From IMG/VR virus record IMGVR_UViG_3300048849_000021, positions 1 through 24,429 of that record: DNA of 24,429 nt; one strand, 5' to 3'. The notes under the pieces are model-generated. The model was not told the origin of the DNA and ran no database searches. It saw nothing but the letters and a program-made list of their open reading frames with translations. Shown here piece by piece: positions 1-8,295 of the stretch. This stretch comes from a virus (Duplodnaviria; Caudoviricetes). Numbering within the stretch: position 1 is the first letter of the stretch; the number at the start of each line of letters is the position of its first letter. Position numbers and translations under genes: made by a program.

Positions 1-629
1 GTGGCATCGGGCATGGTGGCCTCCTGGGCGGGCTGAGGAATGACGGCGGGTTGCGTGCTCGCGACGCCGGCATACCCGGCCGCCCTCAGCGCGCCCTCGA
101 ACGCCAGCGCGAGCTTCCCGATCTCGATCTGCTTGTCGACGCCGTTCACGATCCGCCGGGCGTTGGCGAACTCCCGAAGATCCTCGGCCTCGCTTTCATC
201 CACGCCGTCGAGATAGTCGGCGAGGTCTTTGCCGGTGAACCAGCCGTGCTCCATTCCCTCGAAGGCGATCTTCACGGCATTGGCCGGATCGAGGGCGGCG
301 TCAGGGTCCTTGATCAGGTCGACGCCGATCGCCAAGCCGGCCTTCCGGTAGTTGGCCTCCCAGGTGAGCTGGATGTCGCCACGGCCGTACCAGGGGAAGT
401 ATCGCAGGTTGGCTTTCCGCCAGGCCTCGCTCTTCCAGTAGGCCTCCTTGACCGGCAGCATGGTGCGAGCCGTCTCCCAGAAGACCGTGGCGATGATGTA
501 GGCGAGCCAATCGAGCTGCGTGCCGCGGCGCTCACCCTCGTCGAGGTATCGCTCGAAGCCGCCGACCTGGCCTTGATTGAGTACGCCGACGTGCGCGCGG
601 ACGGCATCGTAAAAGGCTTTGCGGTTCAT
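1..629 (-). CDS. GH19 (chitinase/lysozyme-like) endolysin, 3' end outside window
   Basis: Hand translation from ATG at 629: MNRKAFYDAVRAHVG...LAYIIATVFWETARTMLPVKE...WYGRGDIQLTWEANY...GWFTG...ARRIVNGVD; GH19 motifs (W/H)ET, GRGxxQLT and RRIVNG. GAGG lies upstream. The frame is open to base 1, so the ORF track misses it. Confidence 0.9.
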   Translation of the reverse strand, partial: MNRKAFYDAVRAHVGVLNQGQVGGFERYLDEGERRGTQLDWLAYIIATVFWETARTMLPVKEAYWKSEAWRKANLRYFPWYGRGDIQLTWEANYRKAGLAIGVDLIKDPDAALDPANAVKIAFEGMEHGWFTGKDLADYLDGVDESEAEDLREFANARRIVNGVDKQIEIGKLALAFEGALRAAGYAGVASTQPAVIPQPAQEATMPDA

Positions 630-638
630 TGCAGACCT

Positions 639-669
639 CATGAAAAAGGCCCGCCGATGAAGGCGAGCC
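639..669 (-). terminator. Intrinsic terminator-like hairpin upstream of endolysin
   Basis: Minus strand GGCTCGCC-TTCATC-GGCGGGCC followed by TTTTTCATG. Confidence 0.6.
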
Positions 670-699
670 GCTGTTTGCTTAAGATTTTAGATAGATTCG

Positions 700-790
700 G
701 CGGCGAGTATGGCGCCACCAGCACGGCCAACCCGCTTTGCTGAAGCAGGTGCCATACTGGCGGCGCTACTCCCCCGAGCAGCGCCGCCGT
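700..790. other. Structured intergenic region (candidate ncRNA or regulatory leader)
   Basis: Inverted repeats AGTATGGCGCC(706-716)/GGTGCCATACT(748-758) and GGCGGCGCTACTC-CCCC-GAGCAGCGCCGCC (759-788). Confidence 0.35.
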
Positions 791-842
791 TCGCCCTGTA
801 GGGGAACTTCAAGAGCCCTATGAGGAATTCGGGGAAGACCGG

Positions 843-1859
843 TCAGCGGCTATCGACGCCGGCCCCATCGTGCGGATGCTTGAGCTCTATCCGTGTGGTG
901 AAGCCATCGCTGACCGACGCGTTGTGCTCGACGGAGCTGATGATGTACGTGCCGTCCGCGCCCGGCCTCGTGCCAGACACCCTGCAGCGCCCACCGGCTT
1001 GCGCGCGGAAGTCACCCTTCACTGAGATGGTCCCGGCGCCGGCATCGCGCTCAGCGCCTGCCTTGCCCGACTGCGAGGCATCCTTGGCGTGAGTCTGGTC
1101 GGCGCGCTGGATCGTGCTCAGGAGCGAGGCCTGACCCGAGAGCGTTTCGAGCTCCTCCTTCCATTCGCCTTTGCGGAAGTCGAACCAGCGCCCAATCGCT
1201 TGGGAGTATGACGATCGAGGGATGATCGGCGTGATGTCCCACGACAGAAGGTTGTCGCCCCAGGTCGCTTCGAACGTCGCAAGCGCTGTGCCGGTCAGTG
1301 CCAAGCCTGAATTGCGCTGCGCAAAGACCGCCCGACTGCCCATCGTCTTGAACGTCGCGCCAACTTCCCGGGCAATGTCCGCGGCATACGTCAGAGGGTC
1401 GCGCCCATCCATGCTCTCAAAAGCGCGTTGGATCGACGCGAACGACGGGTCGACGAGGAGCGAGATGCCAGTGTCGGAGAAGGCATCCTTCAGCACATCG
1501 CCGAGAGGCTTGTCGTCCCAGTATTTCTCGCCGGTCTCCTTGGCCTTTCCGCTCAAATCGACCGACTTGCAGGTGATGGCCAGCGTGCGCCCGCCCCCAC
1601 GGCTGCCTTTGGACCGAGGCTCGTCGACAAACCCTTCGAAGACCAGCCCGATGCCGATCTCCGATCGGCCGAGCGAAATCGACACCGCGTCTTGTGCGTT
1701 TGCCATGAACGTCCGGCCGTCGTTGTCGGCGAGAACAATGTCGGCGCTGTCGGCTTCGTTGTCCGTCCCGTCGAACGTCTTCACCGACTGGACGATCGGG
1801 CTCAAGATCGACGTGACGTTCCGACCGGCGATCGTGACGTCGAGCAGGATCGTGCTCAT
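843..1859 (-). CDS. Phage late control D / baseplate hub protein (P2 gpD-like)
   Basis: 338 aa; motifs FDGTDNEADSADIVLAD and YIISSVEH...GFTTRIEL; position after gpU-gpX. Confidence 0.85.
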   Translation of the reverse strand: MSTILLDVTIAGRNVTSILSPIVQSVKTFDGTDNEADSADIVLADNDGRTFMANAQDAVSISLGRSEIGIGLVFEGFVDEPRSKGSRGGGRTLAITCKSVDLSGKAKETGEKYWDDKPLGDVLKDAFSDTGISLLVDPSFASIQRAFESMDGRDPLTYAADIAREVGATFKTMGSRAVFAQRNSGLALTGTALATFEATWGDNLLSWDITPIIPRSSYSQAIGRWFDFRKGEWKEELETLSGQASLLSTIQRADQTHAKDASQSGKAGAERDAGAGTISVKGDFRAQAGGRCRVSGTRPGADGTYIISSVEHNASVSDGFTTRIELKHPHDGAGVDSR

Positions 1860-2107
1860 GTCGCGATGCCGTAAAGCCGAATGACAGGCACACGGTCGGA
1901 AGTCTCTTCGGGACTGGGGATGACAAGCTCAAACGTCGTCCCGAGCGGCAAGATGGGCCCGATCTCCGCTAGGCCCGGATTGCGGTCAAGCGTGCGCTCG
2001 AAAACGCGCTGCTCGCCCATTGGCTGACGGAAGCGGTTCCAGATGATGCGCGAGAGCGTGATCCCGTTCAGACGCTTCACCGTCACCGTCTCATAGGTCT
2101 CAGACAT
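1856..2107 (-). CDS. Tail protein X (P2 gpX, LysM-like)
   Basis: 83 aa, TLSRIIWNRF...TLDRNPGLAEIGPILPLGTTFELVIP...IRLY; overlaps gpD start by ATGA. Confidence 0.85.
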   Translation of the reverse strand: MSETYETVTVKRLNGITLSRIIWNRFRQPMGEQRVFERTLDRNPGLAEIGPILPLGTTFELVIPSPEETSDRVPVIRLYGIAT

Positions 2108-2537
2108 AGCCGGTGAGCCTCGTCACGATGTCGGCCGCGACGGACCGGTTGCCTGACTTCTGCGTCGCCTCGAGATCGATCGACACCCGGACTTTTCGGC
2201 CGTAGCCGTCTGGGTCGAGATAGCTGTGTTCCTGACGCAGGCGCGTGATCACGAACCAGCCGAGCTTGCTGTTGCCCCGAAGGACCAGGATCGGCTGTCC
2301 GGCGGCCTGAATGCTTTCCAGGAGCGACAACTCGGGCCGACCGTCGAGCTCGGCCCGACGTGGGAAGATCGACCCTTCCAGGCTCAGCTTGCGTTCGACC
2401 TCTGCCGTCTTCTCGTGCGACGTCCTGGCTCCCAGGATCTTGTGCCGGGCGAAGGGCATCTCGCTTTCGTCGTCGGCTTGGTCGACGTTGAACGGCCGAA
2501 GCTGACAGCGGACGCCGCCGATATTGTAGAGCGCCAT
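2100..2537 (-). CDS. Tail tube initiator (P2 gpU-like)
   Basis: 145 aa, FARHKILG...LSLEGSIFP...LGWFVITRLRQEHSYLDPDGYGRKVRVSIDL; directly after TMP. Confidence 0.85.
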   Translation of the reverse strand: MALYNIGGVRCQLRPFNVDQADDESEMPFARHKILGARTSHEKTAEVERKLSLEGSIFPRRAELDGRPELSLLESIQAAGQPILVLRGNSKLGWFVITRLRQEHSYLDPDGYGRKVRVSIDLEATQKSGNRSVAADIVTRLTGYV

Positions 2538-4759
2538 TAAAGGCCTCCTCCTGGCGTCACCGGGGCGAACTGAGCGCGCCTGGTTGCGCCGTATTCATTG
2601 CCGCCGCCTGCCCCGACGCTCGGCGCGTGGATACCGGCTAGCGTCGCATTGATCTGAGCGACGGCGGCTGCAGCTGCGCCTTGCATGGTGCCAAGGCCTG
2701 CAAGGAACGCGGCAGTGTTCAGCCCAGCAGAGGTGTAGATTGGACGCTCGGCCTCGACCTTGGCTTGGTCGATCGTGCTGATGCCAGCCATGTAGCTGAC
2801 GATATCGATCGAGGCCGTGGCCTGAATTTCTGCCGCTTGCGCGGGCGTGGTGGCGAAGCGGGAGGGGTCGACGGGCGGCGGAGTGGCTCCAGGCGGCCCT
2901 ACGCGACCGCCACGGCCCGCCCGTGTCGAGGAAGCTGGCGTCTCAAGTCCGGTGCCGCCTGCGAAAGCGTCAAGCGAGCGGGACCGGTCCTCAGCCGCTC
3001 GCTGGTTTGCGACCTCAGCCGCCGCGCCCCGCTCGCGCCGCACGCGGTCGTGTCGATCGTCGATGGCCTGCACAGCATCGCCGACCGAGTTCATCACCGT
3101 GTCCGCGATCGACCCCTTCTCAACATTGAGGCCAAGGCCCTTCCCGTCACCGATGACCGGCCGCCACTCCGGCGAGGTCGGCCCGATGCCGGGAGGCGCC
3201 CCCTTCTCGTCCTTCGGGTTCAAGCCGAACGGGTCGCGCGTCTTCTCGATGATGACGTCGATCAGCCCTGCCGTCTTGGCGATGCCGTCTGAGATCTCGT
3301 TGACCGACTGTGCCAACTGGGTAAAGAACAGCGTGGTCTGCGACCCCGATGTGTCAATGTTCAAGGCCTCGGAGATCGTGTCGACGAGTTCGCCGAGAGC
3401 CGACTTCGCCGCGGCGATGGATGCCGGATCGATGTTGACCTTGAAGGCCTCGAGCCCCGCGCTGATCTCCTGGATGACGGACCGCATTCCTTCCAGTGCA
3501 GCCTTCGCCGCCGGCATGCCCATGTCGCCGACGTCGATTGTGAGGCGCTTCGCTTCGTTCTTCAGCGTTTGCCACTGCGACCAGAAGTCATCGAGTTTCA
3601 GGTCGTAGGACGAGCCGAGAGAGCCCTTCCATGAGGCCTCGTCCTGCACCAGCTTCAGCGAGCGGCGGTACTCATCGAGGCCCGCCACAAGAGTAGCGAC
3701 GTTGTCGTTGTAGTTGCCGCCAGCCAGCGCCGCCAGGGCCCCCGGCTTTTCGGCCTCATCGAGCTTGTCGATGTTCTCGAGTAGCTTCAGAAGAGCCCCA
3801 TTGGCGTCCTTTGTGATCAGCTTCTGGAACTCGTATACGTCTCCAACGAGCTTTTGGAGCCAAACCTGCCCCTTGTTATCCATCGTCTCAGGCGCCCGTA
3901 TACGGGTCGTCAGGGTCTTCATGGCATTCGCGGCTACCTCGGCCGGGATCTTCAGGATCAGCATGCTAGAGCCGAGCGCAGCGATCTCCTCGTTCGTCAG
4001 CCCGAACATTTTGAGCGAGGCACCGGCTCTGTCCGCGAAGTTCACAATGTCGCTTTCGTCAGCGATGCCGCTGTCCGCCAGAGAATTGATAAGGTCGAAG
4101 TATCGCTCCATGCCCGACATCGGTATTTTAAGCACCTTGTTGAAGCCCATCGCGGCGTTCCCAACGTCGGTCGACGACATTTCAAAGGCGTCTGCGGCCT
4201 TCGATGAAAGCTTGGCGAATTCCTTCAGTTCGCCGATCGGAAGACCACCGGCGGCCGCCCGTTCGTATGCCGCAGCTATCTCCTCGATCGAAACAGCGAG
4301 TTCGCCTGACGTCGCTAGATCGAGAATGTCTTTGCCGATTGCGGATGTCTCTTCGTTTGTCGTCGATGCCTTCTTCTGGATCGAGGTAAGCATGGACTCA
4401 AAGTCGGCAGCAGCAGCAGTCGCCTTGACGAAAGACAGCGCTCCGGCCCCACCGGCCAGCATCCCAGGGGCAATCCCGAGGGGCGTCATCATGGTGGCAG
4501 ACCGCACTGATTCATCAGCCATGCCACCAGGCCCATGGCGCGGACGGATGCCAGAGGGTGCATCTGGATGCGGAGAGGTTGGAGAAAGGGGCACGTGAGA
4601 CGAGCCCGGCCGAGATCGCCGAGACCCCGCCTGCCCGGCGCCCGCCCCGAAATTGCCGCCGGCGCGATCAAGTGCATCGATCTCGCCCTTCACTTTGCGC
4701 ACCGTTGCCGAGGCACGGTCCAACGCGGTGATAACGATGCGGATGTCGGCTTCTGCCAT
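2537..4759 (-). CDS. Tail tape measure protein (TP901-type core)
   Basis: Start moved to ATG 4759 (GGAG upstream), MAEADIRIVITALDRASATVRKV; core AAAADFESMLTSIQK...AADAFEMS...PAEVAANAMK; Ala-rich helical; about 740 aa. Confidence 0.9.
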   Translation of the reverse strand: MAEADIRIVITALDRASATVRKVKGEIDALDRAGGNFGAGAGQAGSRRSRPGSSHVPLSPTSPHPDAPSGIRPRHGPGGMADESVRSATMMTPLGIAPGMLAGGAGALSFVKATAAAADFESMLTSIQKKASTTNEETSAIGKDILDLATSGELAVSIEEIAAAYERAAAGGLPIGELKEFAKLSSKAADAFEMSSTDVGNAAMGFNKVLKIPMSGMERYFDLINSLADSGIADESDIVNFADRAGASLKMFGLTNEEIAALGSSMLILKIPAEVAANAMKTLTTRIRAPETMDNKGQVWLQKLVGDVYEFQKLITKDANGALLKLLENIDKLDEAEKPGALAALAGGNYNDNVATLVAGLDEYRRSLKLVQDEASWKGSLGSSYDLKLDDFWSQWQTLKNEAKRLTIDVGDMGMPAAKAALEGMRSVIQEISAGLEAFKVNIDPASIAAAKSALGELVDTISEALNIDTSGSQTTLFFTQLAQSVNEISDGIAKTAGLIDVIIEKTRDPFGLNPKDEKGAPPGIGPTSPEWRPVIGDGKGLGLNVEKGSIADTVMNSVGDAVQAIDDRHDRVRRERGAAAEVANQRAAEDRSRSLDAFAGGTGLETPASSTRAGRGGRVGPPGATPPPVDPSRFATTPAQAAEIQATASIDIVSYMAGISTIDQAKVEAERPIYTSAGLNTAAFLAGLGTMQGAAAAAVAQINATLAGIHAPSVGAGGGNEYGATRRAQFAPVTPGGGL

Positions 4760-4784
4760 TCGTTCGCTCCACACGCTCCGCTAG

Positions 4785-4813
4785 TTGCGAGCGCGTCACA
4801 GTTGTGATGATGT
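4785..4813 (+). promoter_or_regulatory. Possible promoter with palindrome for the moron gene
   Basis: TTGCGA (4785-4790), a 17-nt spacer containing TCACA-GT-TGTGA (4796-4807), then a degenerate -10; GGAGGA SD before ATG 4835. Confidence 0.25.
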
Positions 4814-4834
4814 TGGACCTTGACGGAGGATTCG

Positions 4835-5335
4835 ATGAAACGATCAATGCTTATCGCGGCGATGGCAGCGTCTGTGTCAGTGTTGACATGTGGCAACGCT
4901 AACGCCGAGTTCAGCTTCAAAGCGGAAGCCGCGTCTGCTGCGTTCAACAAAACAGCTAAGGCGCTAAAACTTGACGCCGCTTTCGAAGATCTTGGTTGCC
5001 AGGACGGCGCAAAGCGGGTCTGTCGCTCCAGCGCCGCACCAGTCATCGTTTTGTCTACGAGCCCATCTGAGGGATCGAATGCGTCCGGAGTGATGGCGAT
5101 TTTCGTGCCGACCGGAGATCAAGTCGACGGCGTGAAGGCGCTGACCGTGTGGGGCGTCATGATCTCCACGATCGACCCAACCCTGACGAAAAAAGAGGTC
5201 GGCAAGATGTTGAAGATTTTCAGCGGAATGGTCTCGACGCCATCAGACGATAAGCGCGTTTTCGGCAACGTCAGATATGGCGTTTCGGCCTCTCCCATGA
5301 CTGGCGTTATGCTGACAGGAGAATCGACGAAGTAA
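4835..5335 (+). CDS. Secreted/periplasmic hypothetical protein (moron, opposite strand)
   Basis: GGAGGA SD; MKRSMLIAAMAASVSVLTCGNANA/EF signal peptide with A-N-A cleavage site; more AT-rich than flanks; inserted between chaperone and TMP. Confidence 0.8.
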   Translation: MKRSMLIAAMAASVSVLTCGNANAEFSFKAEAASAAFNKTAKALKLDAAFEDLGCQDGAKRVCRSSAAPVIVLSTSPSEGSNASGVMAIFVPTGDQVDGVKALTVWGVMISTIDPTLTKKEVGKMLKIFSGMVSTPSDDKRVFGNVRYGVSASPMTGVMLTGESTK

Positions 5336-5346
5336 CAAAGCGTCGA

Positions 5347-5993
5347 TTACCGCTCGGCCATCCGCTCAACCGCCGACTGCCACTCCCGCCATACCCTCGA
5401 CGGGTGCCACGCCTCGATGACTGACGGCGCTTCGCCGCGAAGCCGTGCCACTGCCATGTTCCGATCATGCGCGCCCTCGAAGAAAGCCCTAAGCGCCCGG
5501 CCGAAGATGCCCACAAGATCCGTGTTGGCTACGGCTGCCCCGTCAGAGCCGCGCGAAGTGCCGCCGGCATAAAATTTACCGCGGCGGCTGCCAGCACCTC
5601 CGCGTCATCAGCATCCATCATCTTCATTGCCATGAACGGAAGGCCCGTCAGCGCCGAGTAGAGCGTCGCCATGTCGCCAAGGCGGCGAAGCTCCTCGCCC
5701 ACCTCGGCGCTCTGTTCGGCGTTCAGCCGCCGCAGCGTGTAGGACCGATATTCCTGGTCACGGACCGCGAACGGGTAGATCAGGTCGATGGTCCGCTCCC
5801 CGCGCTCGGCCAGGAACCGGAAGCGCGGCTCCTCCGCGGCGACTGGCGGCACAGGGCGTGGCGGTTTCTGCCCGCCCTGCCCCACGCCCGCCGGGGCGAA
5901 GACGTGCTCGTTCTCGCCGCCGGGTTCGGTCGTGTCATCGACGCCAAACGCCGCAAACACGTCCTCGGCCGTCTCAAGCACCTTCGGCATCAT
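5347..5993 (-). CDS. Tail assembly chaperone frameshift product (gpE+E' / G-T like)
   Basis: Slippery A-AAT-TTT at 5577-5571, in phase with the gpE frame; the -1 frame stays open to TAA at 5349-5347 and ends ...MAVARLRGEAPSVIEAWHPSRVWREWQSAVERMAER, resembling P2 gpE'. Confidence 0.75.
5529..5993 (-). CDS. Tail assembly chaperone (gpE/G-like)
   Basis: 154 aa after tube gene; IDLIYPF...YTLRRLN...LTGLPFMAMKMMDADD...VNFMP pattern typical of tail chaperones. Confidence 0.8.
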   Translation of the reverse strand: MMPKVLETAEDVFAAFGVDDTTEPGGENEHVFAPAGVGQGGQKPPRPVPPVAAEEPRFRFLAERGERTIDLIYPFAVRDQEYRSYTLRRLNAEQSAEVGEELRRLGDMATLYSALTGLPFMAMKMMDADDAEVLAAAAVNFMPAALRAALTGQP

Positions 5994-6520
5994 GAGATCC
6001 CGAGAATGGTGTTGTCGGCCCGGTTCTCGTCCTCAGTGCCGACGATGCGCCGATTGGTCCAGGCGTTCATCGACCAGATGTTCTGATCACCCAGCGTGAG
6101 GTCGATCGTGTCGATGGCCTGGAGCTCGTAATTGTAGCCGGTCAAGCCGCGCTTGTTGTAGTTCTCCTGCTCGGCCGAGCCGAGCTGAGAGTTGACGACG
6201 CAGGTGAGGCGGCGCTTTTCACGAGTCCGCTGGTCCTGGATGACCTTGTAGACCGTGTACTTGTGGAGCTTGCCGTCCCCGTAGGCTACGCGGCGCAACA
6301 TGGCCGGCGAGAAGCCGATCAGCTTGAACGGTAGCGTCAGGGCCTCGTACATGTTCATGTCGACCTGGACCGCCATGAAGCCGCCGCCCGGCATGTGGTC
6401 TTCCATCGTGCGCTTGAGGTTGGGAATGGCGATCTCGTCGAGCTGGATGTGATTGCTCTCGTCGGGATCGTCGTCGCACATCAGGTTCGCGCCCTTGATG
6501 ACGAGGAATTCGATAGCCAT
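5990..6520 (-). CDS. Major tail tube protein (P2 FII-like)
   Basis: 176 aa directly after sheath; IAIPNLKRTMEDHMPGGG and NRRIVGTED...ILGI motifs. Confidence 0.85.
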   Translation of the reverse strand: MAIEFLVIKGANLMCDDDPDESNHIQLDEIAIPNLKRTMEDHMPGGGFMAVQVDMNMYEALTLPFKLIGFSPAMLRRVAYGDGKLHKYTVYKVIQDQRTREKRRLTCVVNSQLGSAEQENYNKRGLTGYNYELQAIDTIDLTLGDQNIWSMNAWTNRRIVGTEDENRADNTILGIS

Positions 6521-6546
6521 TGGGTCTGTCTCCTATCGTCGCGCGA

Positions 6547-8034
6547 TCACAGGGCCGCGGTGGTGAGCTGGTTGGAAAGGCTCTGGACAAAGCCGGTGAG
6601 CGCGATCTCGTAGCGGTTAGACTTTATGCGCGAGCGCAGGAACGGCGCCGGCTCCTCGATCGAGACCGAGATGTTCAGGCTGCCGGAGCGCACATCCGCT
6701 GGAGCATTGAGGCCCGGAGTGTATTCCAGCTTGTAGTCGCGGTAGATCAGCTCGCGCGCGACCAGGCCGTCGATGATGGACTTGATCGTGTTGTGATAGG
6801 TCTGCGCCAGGCGCGGCGAATTGTTGAACCGCGCGAGCAGCTCGCGCGCCGTGCGGATCGTCGTCAGGTGGAACCAGTCGCGCCCGCGGACCTGGTTGTA
6901 ATACTGCCAGAGGCTCTCGTTCGATGCCGTCGACACGCCGAGATAGATCGTCCCGCCCTCGGCAATCGAGAAGTCGTCGCCGGTCTCGCCGTTGACGATG
7001 ATGCCAAGGTCGTTGTTCAGGAGATCCTGACCCTCGGTGTCTCCGTCGGTCAGCGAGAAGTCGATCGTCCGCGACGGGCCGAGAACGCCGTAGAGCGCCC
7101 GATTGCCGGCACTGTGGAACGGCAGCCCGCCATGAAGCTCGTCGACACGGTTGATGAGGCCGGCGACATAGGCATCGGACGGCACTGTGATCGGACCTTC
7201 GGGCCCCTGAATGATGACGTCGGTCTCAGTCGGAATGAGCCGCTTGGAAGCGAGCGTTTCGCGCCAGTTGATCGCGCCGAGCAGGTTGTTCGCCGGACCG
7301 GTGACGGGCGAGACGGCGAGGATGGTGTCGCACACCGATGCGACCTCGGCGCAGACCGCGTTGGCGAGCGAACCAACTGATGCAGAGATGTCTGCCCCGG
7401 AGCCGGCGGCGGTCGTCACCGCGATCGTCGGGTTGGTCTCGTAGCTCGAGCCGGAGTTCGTGATCTGCACCGCCGTGATGGCGCCCATGCCGTTGACCGC
7501 CGTCACCTTGCCTGCGAACTGGGTACCGCCGCCACCGGTGCCGGTAAGGGCGTCGTTCACGAGGTATCCGGTGCCGCCCGCATTGATCGTCAGCGACTTC
7601 ACACCGTCCGCAACGTAGATGCCTGTGTAGCCCGGCTGGATCAGGATGCGGGGAATGAGCCCGACCTTCTGCCCTGCCCGCTTCATCAGGTGCACGCCGG
7701 TCTTGGTCACCGGGTTGCCGACGATGTTGGCCATGGTCTCCTGATCGTTCGCGCCTTCGGGCACGACGTTGATCACCATGCGGGTGGATCGCGACATCTC
7801 GCCGAGCTGCTTGCCGGCACCGATCATGGCCTGCTGCGCAGTGCCGCCGATCCCGAGCGAAGTGAAGAACTCGGCGTCATCGCTGTTGACCCGATAGAGC
7901 GTGTTGTACTCGATGCCGCTCGTCTTATTCGGGGCCGTCACGGTTGCGCCGATCACGGACATCTCGGCGGACGACGGGACAAGCGTTTCCGCCCCCTGGG
8001 TGTCGATCGTAAAGCCGATCTTGGGCTCAGCCAT
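6547..8034 (-). CDS. Contractile tail sheath protein (P2 FI-like)
   Basis: Start moved to ATG 8034 (AAGGAG SD); PRILIQPGYT, AYVAGLINRVD, FHSAGNRALYGV and NAPADVRSGSLNISVSIEEPAPF motifs. Confidence 0.92.
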   Translation of the reverse strand: MAEPKIGFTIDTQGAETLVPSSAEMSVIGATVTAPNKTSGIEYNTLYRVNSDDAEFFTSLGIGGTAQQAMIGAGKQLGEMSRSTRMVINVVPEGANDQETMANIVGNPVTKTGVHLMKRAGQKVGLIPRILIQPGYTGIYVADGVKSLTINAGGTGYLVNDALTGTGGGGTQFAGKVTAVNGMGAITAVQITNSGSSYETNPTIAVTTAAGSGADISASVGSLANAVCAEVASVCDTILAVSPVTGPANNLLGAINWRETLASKRLIPTETDVIIQGPEGPITVPSDAYVAGLINRVDELHGGLPFHSAGNRALYGVLGPSRTIDFSLTDGDTEGQDLLNNDLGIIVNGETGDDFSIAEGGTIYLGVSTASNESLWQYYNQVRGRDWFHLTTIRTARELLARFNNSPRLAQTYHNTIKSIIDGLVARELIYRDYKLEYTPGLNAPADVRSGSLNISVSIEEPAPFLRSRIKSNRYEIALTGFVQSLSNQLTTAAL

Positions 8035-8081
8035 CTCAGGCTCCTTTGATGATGGATCGCCTTGCCGAAGGGCCTGATCGG

Positions 8082-8111
8082 CATGAAAAAGGCCGCCCAC
8101 CGGGACGGCCT
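8082..8111 (-). terminator. Intrinsic terminator-like hairpin upstream of sheath
   Basis: Minus strand AGGCCGTCC-CGGT-GGGCGGCCT followed by TTTTCATG. Confidence 0.65.
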
Positions 8112-8295
8112 GTCGGATCGCGGCGGAAGCCGCGGGGAGTGAAGCGGCCGCACCGGAGAAGCACGGCCGCACCGGCGCCCACCCTGTGCACGGGTGTCGC
8201 GGGCGGCGGATGGGATGGAGGAATCAAGCGCGGGTGGTCAGGTTCACTCACCCTTGATGACCTCAGTTCCTTGCGACCAATGCAGCGAGGACGTC

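Noticed and set aside
674-697. Possible CtrA box in the AT-rich patch
   Set aside because: Only one TTAA half-site is present; there is no TTAA-N7-TTAA match.
51-743. 230-aa plus-strand ORF
   Set aside because: Antisense to the GH19 endolysin, which has clear motifs.
5307-5516. 69-aa minus-strand ORF after the chaperone
   Set aside because: Wrong frame; the -1 frame ending at 5347 carries the gpE'-like sequence.
8036-8251. 71-aa ORF and 5' extension of the sheath ORF to 8172
   Set aside because: They span hairpins and a terminator with Pro/Arg-rich junk composition; the sheath has a strong SD at ATG 8034.
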